From NCBI GenBank assembly GCA_963799025.1, contig CAWCVQ010000014.1:4182-68181 (forward strand): a stretch of 64,000 bases of DNA. The letters run 5' to 3'. Origin of the DNA: an uncultured Acidobacteriaceae bacterium. Its GTDB lineage: Bacteria; Acidobacteriota; Terriglobia; Terriglobales; Acidobacteriaceae. This document shows positions 38,417 through 47,933 of the stretch, piece by piece. How positions within the stretch are numbered: the stretch's first letter is position 1; every line of letters begins with the position of its first letter. The notes beneath the pieces were generated by a model. It worked only from the letters and a program-made list of their open reading frames with translations, was not told the DNA's origin and did not search any database. A program made the translations under genes and the position numbers.

Positions 38417-39721
38417 TCACTCACGCGCCGCGACCATTCCATTCAGAACAGTTAACGCACAGTGATTCCCGCCAAACCAGTACGGAATCTCGCGATAGTC
38501 CTTGACGGCGAATATCGCGAGGTCGGCGTCCTTCCCTGGCTGGATGCTACCTTTTCGCTTTGCAAGCCGCACAGCCCAGGCACCGTTGATTGTCGCCGCC
38601 GCAATTGCTTCCGCCGGAGACATCTTCATGTGCGTACACGCCAGCGACATCGCCATCGGCATACTGATGGTCGGCGACGTGCCGGGATTGTAGTCCGTCG
38701 CCAAAGCTACCGGCACACCAGCATCAATCAGCCGACGTGCGTTCGGATATTTATTCAGTCCCAGAAAATAGTTAGCTCCCGGCACCAGCGTGGCTACTAT
38801 ATCGCGTTTGGCCAACTGCGCAACGTCGGCATCGTTTACATAGTCCAGGTGATCGAACGACGCCGGATGGAACCGCAAGAAGGGCGACAGAGCTGTTTCT
38901 GAAAGTTGGCCTATGTGGACGCGAACGCTCAACCCGTGCTTTGCTGCAGCTCCAAAAATCTCCTCAGTTTCTTCCTGGTTAAATGCGCCTTTGTCGCAGA
39001 ACGCATCCACAAATTGCGCGAGCTTCCGCCTCGCCACCCGCGGGATCATCTCCTTACAGACGATCTCAACATACTTTTGTGAGCAGCCGTGAAACTCTTT
39101 CGGAACAACATGGGCTCCGAGCAGCGTTGCCACCACGGTCCCCGGCCAGCGGGATGCAGCCTCTCGAATTGCCTCCAGCGACTTCACTTCCGATTCCACC
39201 GTCAGCCCATACCCTGATTTAGCCTCGACGGTCGTCGTACCGTGTGCCGCCATTTGCTCCAGCGCAGTCGCGACTTTCGCAGCCAGCGCTCCCTTCGATG
39301 CTTTGCGGACAGACTCCACGCTGGATCGAATCCCGCCGCCCGCGGCCGCAATTTCTTCGTACGAAGCGCCCTCGATCCGCTTTTCAAAATCCACTAGCCG
39401 TGGCTCAACGAATGCCGGATGAGTGTGCGAATCTACGAATCCAGGCAGAACGACTTTGCCACAACAGTCGATCTCGTTAACTTTGACGCGATTCTTTTTA
39501 AACCACGGATCGCCCAGGACATCCTTAGTGGTTCCGACGGAGACAATCTTGCCGTTCAGACATAGCACCGCGCCGTCTTGAATAATACCGAGATCATTCA
39601 GGTCAACTCCGCGCCGCGGCCCAATGTTTGTTGACCCGCAGTGCAGCGTGACAAGTTGGCCGATGTTGGCTAATAGCAGCGCGGACTGAATCCTTGGGGC
39701 CGGCTTTCGGGCTGAGAGCAC
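38417..39721 (-). CDS. hutI: Imidazolonepropionase
   Basis: The ORF is 38417..39829. LPGFVDSHTHPAF, the GG..S region and ALATDYNPGTSP are present. The long ORF's 5' end overlaps the TA relic on the other strand. A GTG at 39721 (VLSARKPAP...LLLANIGQLVTL) gives a conventional length. The exact start is uncertain. Confidence 0.9.
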   Translation of the reverse strand: MLSARKPAPRIQSALLLANIGQLVTLHCGSTNIGPRRGVDLNDLGIIQDGAVLCLNGKIVSVGTTKDVLGDPWFKKNRVKVNEIDCCGKVVLPGFVDSHTHPAFVEPRLVDFEKRIEGASYEEIAAAGGGIRSSVESVRKASKGALAAKVATALEQMAAHGTTTVEAKSGYGLTVESEVKSLEAIREAASRWPGTVVATLLGAHVVPKEFHGCSQKYVEIVCKEMIPRVARRKLAQFVDAFCDKGAFNQEETEEIFGAAAKHGLSVRVHIGQLSETALSPFLRFHPASFDHLDYVNDADVAQLAKRDIVATLVPGANYFLGLNKYPNARRLIDAGVPVALATDYNPGTSPTISMPMAMSLACTHMKMSPAEAIAAATINGAWAVRLAKRKGSIQPGKDADLAIFAVKDYREIPYWFGGNHCALTVLNGMVAARE

Positions 39722-39812
39722 GCTAGAACAGTTTAGCAGCCGGAACCGAGCCTTAACTCGTTCGATGTTGCCTGAATGTCGGGCATACCGCATAATCAGG
39801 CATTCAGTAAAG

Positions 39813-40109
39813 CTGGGGAAACTCGTCATTGCAGTCAGCCAAAGTTGGCAAGCGCGGCGTGATCATCGTGCTGCGAGCTTACGCAAACGCTTCGGAATTG
39901 AAGAAGGCAGCATCGTAATCGCCGAGGAGAAAGGCGACGGCATCCTCATCCGGCCTGCTATGGTCGTTCCTGTCGAACGCTACACTCCGGAGCAAGGCGG
40001 AATTCCTGCTCTCGAACGCTATCGACGAAGCCGATTACCGCCAAGCGCGAAGAGAGGTCCGTAAACTGGGCCTCGATCCAGATACGATTTCCCATCGGCG
40101 ACCCGGTTA
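39813..40109 (+). pseudogene. AbrB/SpoVT-type antitoxin (VapB-like), multiply frameshifted
   Basis: Pieces of one antitoxin lie in different frames: KLVIAVS (frame 0), KVGKRGVIIVLRA (frame 1), LRKRFGIEEGSIVIAEEKGDGILIRPAMVVPVERYTPEQ (frame 0), KAEFLLSNAIDEADYRQARREVRKLGLDPDTISHRRPG-TAG (frame 1). There is no clear start codon. The stop lies 2 nt before the PIN gene ATG. Confidence 0.65.
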
Positions 40110-40111
40110 GG

Positions 40112-40505
40112 ATGGGCCGCCTGTTCCTCGACGCCAACGCGTTGTTCTCAGCAGCATACAAAGCTGACTCGGGAATTCTGCAGCTCTGGAAGTTCAAAGA
40201 CGTTGCCCTACGCAGTTCTCGCTACGCGTTAGAGGAACCAAGGATCAACCTTGCCGATGAAGATCAAAGGAAGCGGCTGAACAAGTTGTCGGAGTCGATT
40301 CATCTGTTTGAAGCCGGCTCAAGAAAGCGTACAGGTGGCATATCTTTGCCTGAGAAAGACGTCCCTATACTTCTGGCTGCCATTGAAGCTCGCGCTACAC
40401 TCGTGGACAGGCGATCTTCGACACTTCGGTCCGTACTTGGGCAAGAAAATTGAACGTATCACGATTCGCTGTTACCGGAGGGTACCGGCGTATGAGACGG
40501 TCTAA
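40112..40505 (+). pseudogene. PIN-domain toxin (VapC-like) with a +1 frameshift near 40406
   Basis: ORF 40112..40453 gives MGRLFLDANALFSAAYKADSGILQLW...LPEKDVPILLAAIEARATLV. The C-terminal PIN segment TGDLRHFGPYLGKKIERITI lies in the frame of ORF 40308..40505. Deleting one G at gtgG (40406) joins them as ...ARATLVTGDLRHFG.... Confidence 0.7.
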
Positions 40506-40525
40506 TGCTTAGATTCCACCGGTGC

Positions 40526-42199
40526 CTATGAACTCATCGGCACTTTCACCCCGGCCTTCTTCGCAAACTCTTTTGCCTCGTCATACCCTGCGTCCGCGTG
40601 CCGGATGATTCCCATCCCCGGATCCGTTGTCAGCACGCGCTCAATGCGTTTTGCCATCTCGTCCGTCCCATCGGCGACGATGACTTGGCCGGCGTGCTGG
40701 GAGTAGCCGATGCCAACGCCGCCGCCGTTGTGAATCGACACCCAGGACGCACCGGCAGCTGTGTTCAACAGGGCATTCAGCAACGGCCAGTCGGAGACGG
40801 CGTCGGACCCGTCTTTCATGTTTTCAGTTTCTCGAAATGGAGACGCTACCGATCCGCAATCCAGATGATCGCGGCCAATCACGATCGGAGCTTTGATCTT
40901 GCCTCTCTTTACGAGGTCGTTGATGGCGAGCCCGAACTGCGCGCGTTCGCCGTACCCGAGCCAGCAGATGCGCGCGGGCAAACCCTGGAACTTGATACGC
41001 TTGCGCGCCAGGTCAATCCAGCGCCGCAGGATGCGATTCCCCGGGAACAATTCCAGAACAAGATCGTCGGTAACGTGAATGTCGGATGCTTCTCCCGATA
41101 GCGCGACCCAGCGAAATGGGCCGCGGCCTTCGCAGAAGAGAGGCCGAATGTACGCGGGCACAAAACCGGGAAAGTCATAGGCCTTCTTGACGCCGCGCTG
41201 GAAAGCGAAAGTTCGGATGTTGTTTCCGTAATCGAAGGTGACGGATCCCATTTTTTGCAGGTGCAACATTGCTTCCACGTGACGGGCGATGGCATCAAGC
41301 GACTTCTCCTGATACGCCTGCGGATCATTTTTTCGTAACTCGACAGCTTCGGCCAAAGTCATTCCGTTTGGCAGGTACCCGTTCAGCGGATCGTGGGCGG
41401 AAGTTTGGTCGGTCAGAATGTCGGGGACGACGCCGCGTTCGGCCAGTTCCGGAATCACGTCCGCGCAATTGCCCACCAGCCCGACGGAAACGTTTTCTTT
41501 TTTGCGAACGGCGTTTTTCAGAATGCGCAACGCTTCGTCGAGTGTAGTGACCATGAAGTCGAGGTAGCCGGTCTTCAACCGCTTCTTGATGCGCTCGGGG
41601 TCGACGTCAATTCCCAGGAACGCGGCGCCAGTCATGGTTGCAGCCAAGGGCTGCGCTCCGCCCATTCCTCCCATTCCGCCGCTGACAATCAGCCGGCCGG
41701 AGAGATCGCCGCCGAAATGTTTCTCGCCCGCCGCGGAGAACGTCTCGAACGTTCCCTGCACAATGCCTTGTGACCCGATGTAGATCCACGAGCCTGCGGT
41801 CATCTGTCCGTACATCATGAGACCGGCGCGTTCCAGTTCGTTGAACTTTTCCCAGTTAGACCAATGGCCCACGAGATTTGAATTGGCGATGAGGACTCGA
41901 GGGGCGTGATCGTGTGTCTTGAACACTCCGACCGGCTTGCCCGATTGCACCAGCAAAGTTTCGTCATTCTCGAGCTTCTTCAACGTCGCAACGATAGCGT
42001 GGTAGGCTTCCCAACTGCGCGCCGCGCGTCCGGTCCCGCCATAAACCACCAGATCCCTGGGACGTTCCGCAACCTCTTCGTCGAGGTTGTTCATCAGCAT
42101 GCGCATGGCCGCTTCCTGCTGCCATCCTTTGCAGGTGATGGAGCTGCCTCGCGGCGCGCGAATGGAAGTCGGAGACTGGATTTCCGTTTCAACCGGCAT
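40526..42199 (-). CDS. hutU: Urocanate hydratase
   Basis: 557 aa. [49 protein letters not shown] and the rest of the sequence are typical of HutU along the full length. Confidence 0.97.
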   Translation of the reverse strand: MPVETEIQSPTSIRAPRGSSITCKGWQQEAAMRMLMNNLDEEVAERPRDLVVYGGTGRAARSWEAYHAIVATLKKLENDETLLVQSGKPVGVFKTHDHAPRVLIANSNLVGHWSNWEKFNELERAGLMMYGQMTAGSWIYIGSQGIVQGTFETFSAAGEKHFGGDLSGRLIVSGGMGGMGGAQPLAATMTGAAFLGIDVDPERIKKRLKTGYLDFMVTTLDEALRILKNAVRKKENVSVGLVGNCADVIPELAERGVVPDILTDQTSAHDPLNGYLPNGMTLAEAVELRKNDPQAYQEKSLDAIARHVEAMLHLQKMGSVTFDYGNNIRTFAFQRGVKKAYDFPGFVPAYIRPLFCEGRGPFRWVALSGEASDIHVTDDLVLELFPGNRILRRWIDLARKRIKFQGLPARICWLGYGERAQFGLAINDLVKRGKIKAPIVIGRDHLDCGSVASPFRETENMKDGSDAVSDWPLLNALLNTAAGASWVSIHNGGGVGIGYSQHAGQVIVADGTDEMAKRIERVLTTDPGMGIIRHADAGYDEAKEFAKKAGVKVPMSS

Positions 42200-42523
42200 G
42201 AATAGATGTTATCCGCTGGGCGGAGGCCGGCACAACTTGCGTACCGCCTCCGCCTTGACCATCGTCTGGCCGATTCTCGTTGAAGTTGAAGGAAAAGGCA
42301 GATTTCACATGCCACGCAGCTTTCGTGGATTTCGTGACTTTTGGCCTTGTCCCGTTTTCTTTTAGAGGTATCAGCTCCGGGAACTCGCACGGCGCAGCGC
42401 TTTTTTCCACAGGCTGCCACAGAAATAAGTCTAAATCCTGTGACGAACAACCTTTACCGAGGATGCAGAAAGCGCAGACTTGAAGCGTGCGCAACGTGAT
42501 CGATGAGCACCGCTAATCGGCTG

Positions 42524-43042
42524 TCACCAGGTGCTGTAGGCGGTGCCGTCGCTGGCGCTGGCGCTGGAGGCGGAGTGGACGTCGGTGATGCCGGGGTCTT
42601 GCTGGTCCACGGCCAGTTCTACTTCTTCCTGCACTACTTCCCAGTTGGTTTGCCGGGTCATCGGGTCGACCGGAATCTGGCGAAGATAGCCTCCGGTGAC
42701 GAGGTCGTCGAGGGACTGGGGAGCTTTTTGTTTGTCGAGGGTGTACTGCGAGATGACCGAACGAAGCGTGCTGAGATTCGAGCGCAGCACGGATTCCCGA
42801 GCCTGGATGATGGACTGGTTGTAGAGCGGGACTGCGATCGCCATCAGGATCATGATCATGCTGATGACGATCATCAGCTCCAGCAGAGTAAAGCCGCGGA
42901 GGCGCTTGCGCGGGTCGCCAGAGCTGAACCTAGGAGAAGCAATCTTATCCGCAGCGAAGCTACGCCTGGCGAACCTGCGTGCCGCTGCATCGCTGCGAAG
43001 TTCGCGCGCGCCAGGTCCCAGTTTTTTCACGCCCCGTAGCAT
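42524..43042 (-). CDS. GspG-like pseudopilin (prepilin-type N-terminal cleavage/methylation domain) with an unusually long leader
   Basis: 172 aa. RGFTLLELMIVISMIMILMAIAVPLY follows a 47-aa Arg-rich leader. YLRQIPVDPMT is present and the C-terminus is SDGTAYSTW. The ATG directly abuts the TAA of the upstream pseudopilin gene (43040-43045). Confidence 0.8.
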   Translation of the reverse strand: MLRGVKKLGPGARELRSDAAARRFARRSFAADKIASPRFSSGDPRKRLRGFTLLELMIVISMIMILMAIAVPLYNQSIIQARESVLRSNLSTLRSVISQYTLDKQKAPQSLDDLVTGGYLRQIPVDPMTRQTNWEVVQEEVELAVDQQDPGITDVHSASSASASDGTAYSTW

Positions 43043-43546
43043 TTACCAGTCCTTGTATTTGGTGCCGTCGAGACCCGTGCCTGTCGATTTTGTGTAGACG
43101 TCGAACACACTCTGTCCGCCAAAGGAGTCGGAGTCAGGATCGTCCTGCATGGAGCGCATGCCCCACTCTTTACTCTTGGTCATGGGGTCCACGGGGATAG
43201 AACGAAGAAAACGAATTTTCTTGCCGCCTTGCGCTTCGACGCCTTTGACGAGGGTCTCCAGATCGGGCGGATAGCCATTGCTGTCGACTTTGGTTTGAAA
43301 GGCCTGGCGATCGGCCGCGTCTTTGTAGCGGTCGATGGCGTCGCGCATTTCCCACAGGGCGGCCCGGAGTTCTTTCTCCCTCTCGCGTTGAATGGTGACG
43401 CGGGCGAGCGGCAGCGCCATCAAGGTCAGAATCGACAAGATGGTTGCGGTGACGATTAGTTCCAGGAGCGTGAAGCCGCGGGCGAGCTTCGCGCTGTGCA
43501 GTCGATGGAATTGTTGTCGCTTCGTCATCTTAGTGGTTGATTCCAA
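43043..43546 (-). CDS. GspG-like pseudopilin
   Basis: 167 aa. ARGFTLLELIVTATILSILTLMALPL, GYPPDLETLV and FLRSIPVDPMTKSKEW are present. The C-terminus is GLDGTKYKDW. The pattern is that of a T2SS major pseudopilin. Confidence 0.82.
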   Translation of the reverse strand: MESTTKMTKRQQFHRLHSAKLARGFTLLELIVTATILSILTLMALPLARVTIQREREKELRAALWEMRDAIDRYKDAADRQAFQTKVDSNGYPPDLETLVKGVEAQGGKKIRFLRSIPVDPMTKSKEWGMRSMQDDPDSDSFGGQSVFDVYTKSTGTGLDGTKYKDW

Positions 43547-43575
43547 TTAGTGGTTGGTCCAAAACAGCACCTGCG

Positions 43576-45870
43576 CTACTGGACTGTGATCGCGGCCTGT
43601 GCTCCGTTGACTGTGATGGCTTGCAGGCCGGGATCGCGCGCTCCTCCTCGAGTGATGGTCAAGGGAGTTTGTCCATCTGCCTTGGCCTGGAAAGTGAGAG
43701 TGATCACGGAACCCTGGCCGGAAACTCCGCCGGCGCCGGGCGGGCGGGTGGCCGTGATCGTTGTCTGTCCGATGGCTTCATCCTCGCGGTGAACCAGACC
43801 GACGGGTTGGCCATCCTGAGAGAGGAAGCCACCATTCGAAACGTTCACCAGTTGCAGCATTTTCGGATCGTAATTCAACTGCACCGGCACGGAATGCACG
43901 TTCTGAGCGCCGGAAATCAATAGGTTCACGGCAAATGTGTTGCCCTTTACGGCCTGTATGGTGGGCGGATCAAACAGGAAGCTCGGGGTTGCACCGGCGG
44001 AGTTCGGCGCGGGCGGTTGTCCGGCAGGATTCGACGGAGGCTGGATGGATGGGTTCGCGGGCTGCGACGGAGTCTGGCCCGGCGCCGTTCCAGATGCCTG
44101 CGGCCGGCTGACATGGCGCAATTCGATGGTGCTGGCGGTGCCGATATCGATGGCACGCTGGTTGATCTCGTTCACATCGGTGCCGCGGATGACGTGCGGA
44201 GTGATGGCAAATACGGTCTCGTCCGAGGAATGGTCGGTGGAAGTTTGGCCGAAAAGATACTTCAAGATGGGAATCTGCGCCAATCCCGGGATGCCGCTCA
44301 GGGACTTAGTCTGGGAATCGTCCATGATTCCGCCAATCAGACTGGATTCTCCGTCCCGCAGGCGAATTTCACCCAAGTCGACTTTTTTCTGGCCGATGAC
44401 GGGCTGGGTAATTCCGCCGATATTTACGGTGTTGATTTGGGAGGAGATTTCCATGGTGATTTTCAGCGAAACTTCACGGTCCGAGTGAACGTGCGGCGTG
44501 ACCTCGATCACTACTCCCACGTCGATGTATTGAAACTGCGTGTTCACCAGAGGGTTAATACCCACGCCGCCGATGCCGGGCTGAAACGAACCAGTGGCGA
44601 TGGGCAGGCGTTCGCCGATTTTTAGCGATGCCTTCTGGCCGTCGAGCGAGCGAATCTGAGGATTCTGAATCAGCTTGGTATCGGAATTCGCCATTACGGC
44701 TGAAAGGTTGGCGGACGGAATCGTAACCTGGAAATCTGTGGCGTTGAGATTGCCCAGCGTATTCAGGTTCAGGCCAGTGGTCGATCCGCTGGTGGTGGTG
44801 GTGCCCGTTGTGGTGGTGCCGGTGGTCGTCGGGGTGGTGGTATTCAAGTTACTCTGCAGGGTGACTGTAGCGCTGGTTGGCGGACTGAGTCCGAGGGTGC
44901 GCGACTTGTCTTGACTGATCTGCATGACGGCGATATCGATGATCACTTCGGGATGCGCCTTGTCCAGATCCTCCACCAGTTTTTCCGCCAGCGTAATCTG
45001 GTCGGGAGTGCCGCGCACGACGACCGCATTTTGCGAAAGCAACTGTTGTACTCGCTGCACGTCGAGCACGGAGCGGATTGCGTTCACCACATCCTGCACT
45101 TCGGTGGGGGCGGAAATGTTGGTGAGATAAAAAGTCTTGAGGACGCTCTGTTCCAATTCCTTGCGCTTGGCGGGATTGTCCTGGGCCACGAAAATCGTGT
45201 TCTGCGTAACCGCGCGCCAGAAAGTTTTAGACTCCAACGCAGTAATTTGGAGTGCGTCTTCGAGGGTCACGCCATTGAGGTCAACATTGATGACTCGGGG
45301 CGTGTAATCGGGGTCGAACAGAACGTTGACGCCGGCCAGTTGCCCGACGGTGCGGTAAACCACGTCAGACTTGGTCGTGAGCATCTTGACCGTGATGGGG
45401 ACGTTCGAGATGGGAGCGAGTTCGACCGGACCCGACATCTCGTGAACTTTGCGCTCCAGGCCGGCGGGCGGGCCGGCGGCTTGCGGAGGAGGATTGCGCT
45501 GGTCGTTGATCATCTTGACCGTGCGTTCCAATTCTTGCCTGGCGATGAACAATGACGGATCGATGGCCAGCGCCTTCTGAAACTCGGCCACTGCTTCCTC
45601 CAACTTGCCGTCATTGCGCAATTTCTGTCCGTTGTGAACGATTGAAGCAGCGGCTTCGAAACGCAGCCGCTCGAAGGCGGTGCGATAACGCAGATCTTTG
45701 GGTTTCAGATCGTAGGCCTGCTTGAAAAAATTGTAGGCCGCTTCGTACTGCTGGCGAGCCTCGGCGTCTTGACCTTTGGCGTAAAGGTCTTTCGCTTTGT
45801 CGGCGATGGCGGGGAGGGTTAGGGCGGCGACCAGCAACAGCATTAGGGCCGGTCGCATCAAGCGTCTCAT
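43576..45870 (-). CDS. Secretin (GspD/PilQ family) with N-terminal TPR-like repeats and a C-terminal cohesin-like domain
   Basis: 764 aa with a signal peptide. The TPR-like N-terminus reads AEARQQYEAAYNFFKQAYDLKP...AVAEFQKALAIDPS. The secretin core reads ...VTPHVHSDREVSLKITMEISS...LSGIPGLAQIPILKYLFG. A Thr-rich linker follows (TTTPTTTGTTTTGTTTTSGSTTG). The C-terminal ~140 aa resemble cohesin domains (VKGNTFAVNLLISGAQNVHSVPVQLNYDPKMLQLVNVSNGGFL...VITLTFQAKADGQTPLTI). Confidence 0.85.
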   Translation of the reverse strand: MRRLMRPALMLLLVAALTLPAIADKAKDLYAKGQDAEARQQYEAAYNFFKQAYDLKPKDLRYRTAFERLRFEAAASIVHNGQKLRNDGKLEEAVAEFQKALAIDPSLFIARQELERTVKMINDQRNPPPQAAGPPAGLERKVHEMSGPVELAPISNVPITVKMLTTKSDVVYRTVGQLAGVNVLFDPDYTPRVINVDLNGVTLEDALQITALESKTFWRAVTQNTIFVAQDNPAKRKELEQSVLKTFYLTNISAPTEVQDVVNAIRSVLDVQRVQQLLSQNAVVVRGTPDQITLAEKLVEDLDKAHPEVIIDIAVMQISQDKSRTLGLSPPTSATVTLQSNLNTTTPTTTGTTTTGTTTTSGSTTGLNLNTLGNLNATDFQVTIPSANLSAVMANSDTKLIQNPQIRSLDGQKASLKIGERLPIATGSFQPGIGGVGINPLVNTQFQYIDVGVVIEVTPHVHSDREVSLKITMEISSQINTVNIGGITQPVIGQKKVDLGEIRLRDGESSLIGGIMDDSQTKSLSGIPGLAQIPILKYLFGQTSTDHSSDETVFAITPHVIRGTDVNEINQRAIDIGTASTIELRHVSRPQASGTAPGQTPSQPANPSIQPPSNPAGQPPAPNSAGATPSFLFDPPTIQAVKGNTFAVNLLISGAQNVHSVPVQLNYDPKMLQLVNVSNGGFLSQDGQPVGLVHREDEAIGQTTITATRPPGAGGVSGQGSVITLTFQAKADGQTPLTITRGGARDPGLQAITVNGAQAAITVQ

Positions 45871-46095
45871 TAAGAATTCCTCACGAGATGGTCCTCTTCT
45901 TATTTTATTGCTGCTCGATTTATTGAGTGCTCAATTACGTGCTCTGCCGGACAAATCAGCGTGCCCAACTGGGGGCGTTCCGATGGAATTTTTCCACCGG
46001 AAGGCTGCTCGAACCATGCATGATGCATTCTGTGAGGCGATTATAGCATCGCCATTTCCAGCTCCCGAAGTGCTTGCGCAGGCGGGAGTTACACT

Positions 46096-46235
46096 CTTTG
46101 GTCGCAGGCCTAGCGACCAAAGACCAGCCCTCAGGCCTCGGACTTCAGACCTCGGACCTTGGTGCGTCCACTCTGCGCTCCTCGTTTGGAGGTCCGAAGT
46201 TCGACGACTGAGATCCAAAGTCCTCCTGCTGCTAA
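46096..46235. repeat. REP-like cluster: perfect 10-bp hairpin plus 'cctcggacYtcagacctcggaccttgg' family copy 3
   Basis: ctttggtcgc-aggccta-gcgaccaaag (46096-46122) is a perfect hairpin. It is followed by cctcggacttcagacctcggaccttgg and a partially complementary ggaggtccgaagttcgacgactgagatccaaagtcctcc. The cluster lies between the divergent secretin and smpB genes. Confidence 0.6.
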
Positions 46236-46251
46236 GATAATTCTTCCAGCC

Positions 46252-46779
46252 ATGGCTCGCCAATCGACGCATCAGACCAAACCCAACCCGGAGAAATCGC
46301 CACGCCGTGATCCCACAGCCTCGGGCGAACGAGATGCCGCCATTAATAGGATCGCTGCACATAACTACTTCTTGCTGGAAAAATTTGAGGCTGGGGTGGT
46401 TTTGACGGGGACGGAGGTCAAGTCCATCCGGGGGGGGCTGGCCAATCTGAAGGACTCTTACGGGCTAGTTAAGGACGATGCGGTCTGGCTTCTGAACGCC
46501 CACATCGGTCCATATGAGCACGGCAACATCTTCAATCATGCTCCGTTGCGCACCCGTAAGCTGTTGATGCATCGCGAAGAGATCCGCAAGCTGATTGGCA
46601 AGACTCAACAAAAAGGGCTGACGCTGATCCCGACGCGGCTGTACTTTAAAAATGGGAGGGTGAAGGTGGAACTGGCTTTGGCCAAAGGCAAGCAGTTGTG
46701 GGACAAGCGCGAGACGGAGCGGCGGCGGAGCGCCGATAAAGAGGCAAGGGAAGCGGTTGCACGCGGACGGAAGAGGTAG
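46252..46779 (+). CDS. smpB: SsrA-binding protein SmpB
   Basis: The ORF is 46159..46779 and the ATG is at 46252. [81 protein letters not shown] and a basic C-terminal tail are present. It has an ~20-aa basic N-terminal extension. Confidence 0.95.
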   Translation: MARQSTHQTKPNPEKSPRRDPTASGERDAAINRIAAHNYFLLEKFEAGVVLTGTEVKSIRGGLANLKDSYGLVKDDAVWLLNAHIGPYEHGNIFNHAPLRTRKLLMHREEIRKLIGKTQQKGLTLIPTRLYFKNGRVKVELALAKGKQLWDKRETERRRSADKEAREAVARGRKR

Positions 46780-47152
46780 GCGAACAATCCGCGTGGACTG
46801 CCGGCTTGGACTATGGGGCAGCGGCAAAGCCCCTAAGCGCTAACCTGAACTCTTTGCGCTCTAGGGCTGCCAACTTCCTAGTAGCGTTTCTCATTACTTA
46901 TATTTGGCGGGAGTTTCTATAACCGAACCTCTGGCCAATCAATGGGCGTTGATAGTTCGGTGGTCGCAAGCGCGTTACTCGGGACTGATGGGGCATAGCA
47001 GTGGCATTACTTCCGGTTAGGCCGTTACGGTGGACCAGTGAATATCGATTCTCCGTCCTGCCGGCTCTGGAGTACTCTACTCGCGCCTTCCACGGCGGCG
47101 CTAATTGTGCGCTTGTTGTAGAATCCCGAGCATCGGGGGTAGGGCTCACTAT

Positions 47153-47929
47153 ATGAATGCGAGTCTGCCGATCGCTGATCGCAGTACGCGCGAATTGTCT
47201 TCTTCGGCCACTGCAGTGCCTGCCGCGCACCGGAAGCGCCACTCCGCGCTCGTGCGCGTGACCCATTGGACTACCACGGTCGCGTTCCTCGCGCTGGTGG
47301 TCAGCGGAGGAGAGATCCTGCTTTCGCATCCGCGGTTTTACTGGGGTGAGACCGGCAACGTAAACACGAGTCCGTGGCTCAATCTTCACCTCCCATCCTC
47401 CAGGAATACTGTCCCCACCGGCTATGGGTACGTTCTCCCTGATCAGAACGGCTGGAGCCGCTATCTCCATTTTCAGGCGGCATGGCTTGCAGTTGGGACG
47501 GGTTTGTTCTACGTGCTGTTCGGCTTCTTCGCAGGGCATTTCCGGCGCAATCTGATTCCCGCGGCTTCTGACCTTTCCATCAAGGAGCTTGGCGGTTCGG
47601 TGGTTCGACATTTGCGCTTTGAGCGGCCGGGCAAGGAAGAAGCGTGGTCGTATAACGTGCTGCAGCGCCTCACGTATCTGCTCGTGATCTTCGTGCTCTT
47701 CCCGTTGATGATCTGGACGGGGCTGGCCATGTCTTTTGGATTCACCTCGGAATTCCCCTTGGCCGTTCGGCTCTTGGGAGGCCAGCAGACGGCGCGGAGC
47801 CTGCACTTCCTTGTGACGATACTCCTTGTGCTGTTCTTGTTGATTCACATGCTGATGGTCTTTGTTGCGGGATTTCGAAATCGCATGCGCGCCATGATCA
47901 CCGGACGCGCTACCCCGCCGACGGAGTGA
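47153..47929 (+). CDS. Membrane b-type cytochrome (Ni/Fe-hydrogenase cytochrome b / PhsC-like family)
   Basis: The internal ATG of ORF 47105..47929 is used. HSALVRVTHWTTTVAFLALVVSGGEILLSHPRFYWGE is present. There are four hydrophobic segments with conserved His residues (HW, H in LHFQAAW, H in SLHFLVT, LIHMLMV). The gene stops 4 nt before the Mo-enzyme gene. Confidence 0.7.
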   Translation: MNASLPIADRSTRELSSSATAVPAAHRKRHSALVRVTHWTTTVAFLALVVSGGEILLSHPRFYWGETGNVNTSPWLNLHLPSSRNTVPTGYGYVLPDQNGWSRYLHFQAAWLAVGTGLFYVLFGFFAGHFRRNLIPAASDLSIKELGGSVVRHLRFERPGKEEAWSYNVLQRLTYLLVIFVLFPLMIWTGLAMSFGFTSEFPLAVRLLGGQQTARSLHFLVTILLVLFLLIHMLMVFVAGFRNRMRAMITGRATPPTE

Positions 47930-47933
47930 AGTT

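Noticed and set aside
39722-39829. Long N-terminal extension of hutI (MTSFPSFTECLIMRYARHSG...).
   Set aside because: It is not HutI-like and it overlaps the plus-strand antitoxin relic. An in-frame GTG at 39721 gives a normal-length enzyme.
44780-44850. Periodic ggtggtggtg/gtggtggtgcc repeats that resemble a tandem array.
   Set aside because: This is the reverse complement of ACC-rich Thr/Gly codons, which encode the poly-Thr linker of the secretin. It is coding low complexity, not a CRISPR or satellite array.
46090-47152. Possible tmRNA (ssrA) next to smpB.
   Set aside because: I looked on both strands for the GGGG...TTCGAC 5' end, a tag ORF ending in ..AA-stop, and a T-arm/CCA 3' end. The only ttcgac (about 46201) lies inside a REP-like element 45 nt before the smpB ATG. 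No tRNA-like 3' end was found.
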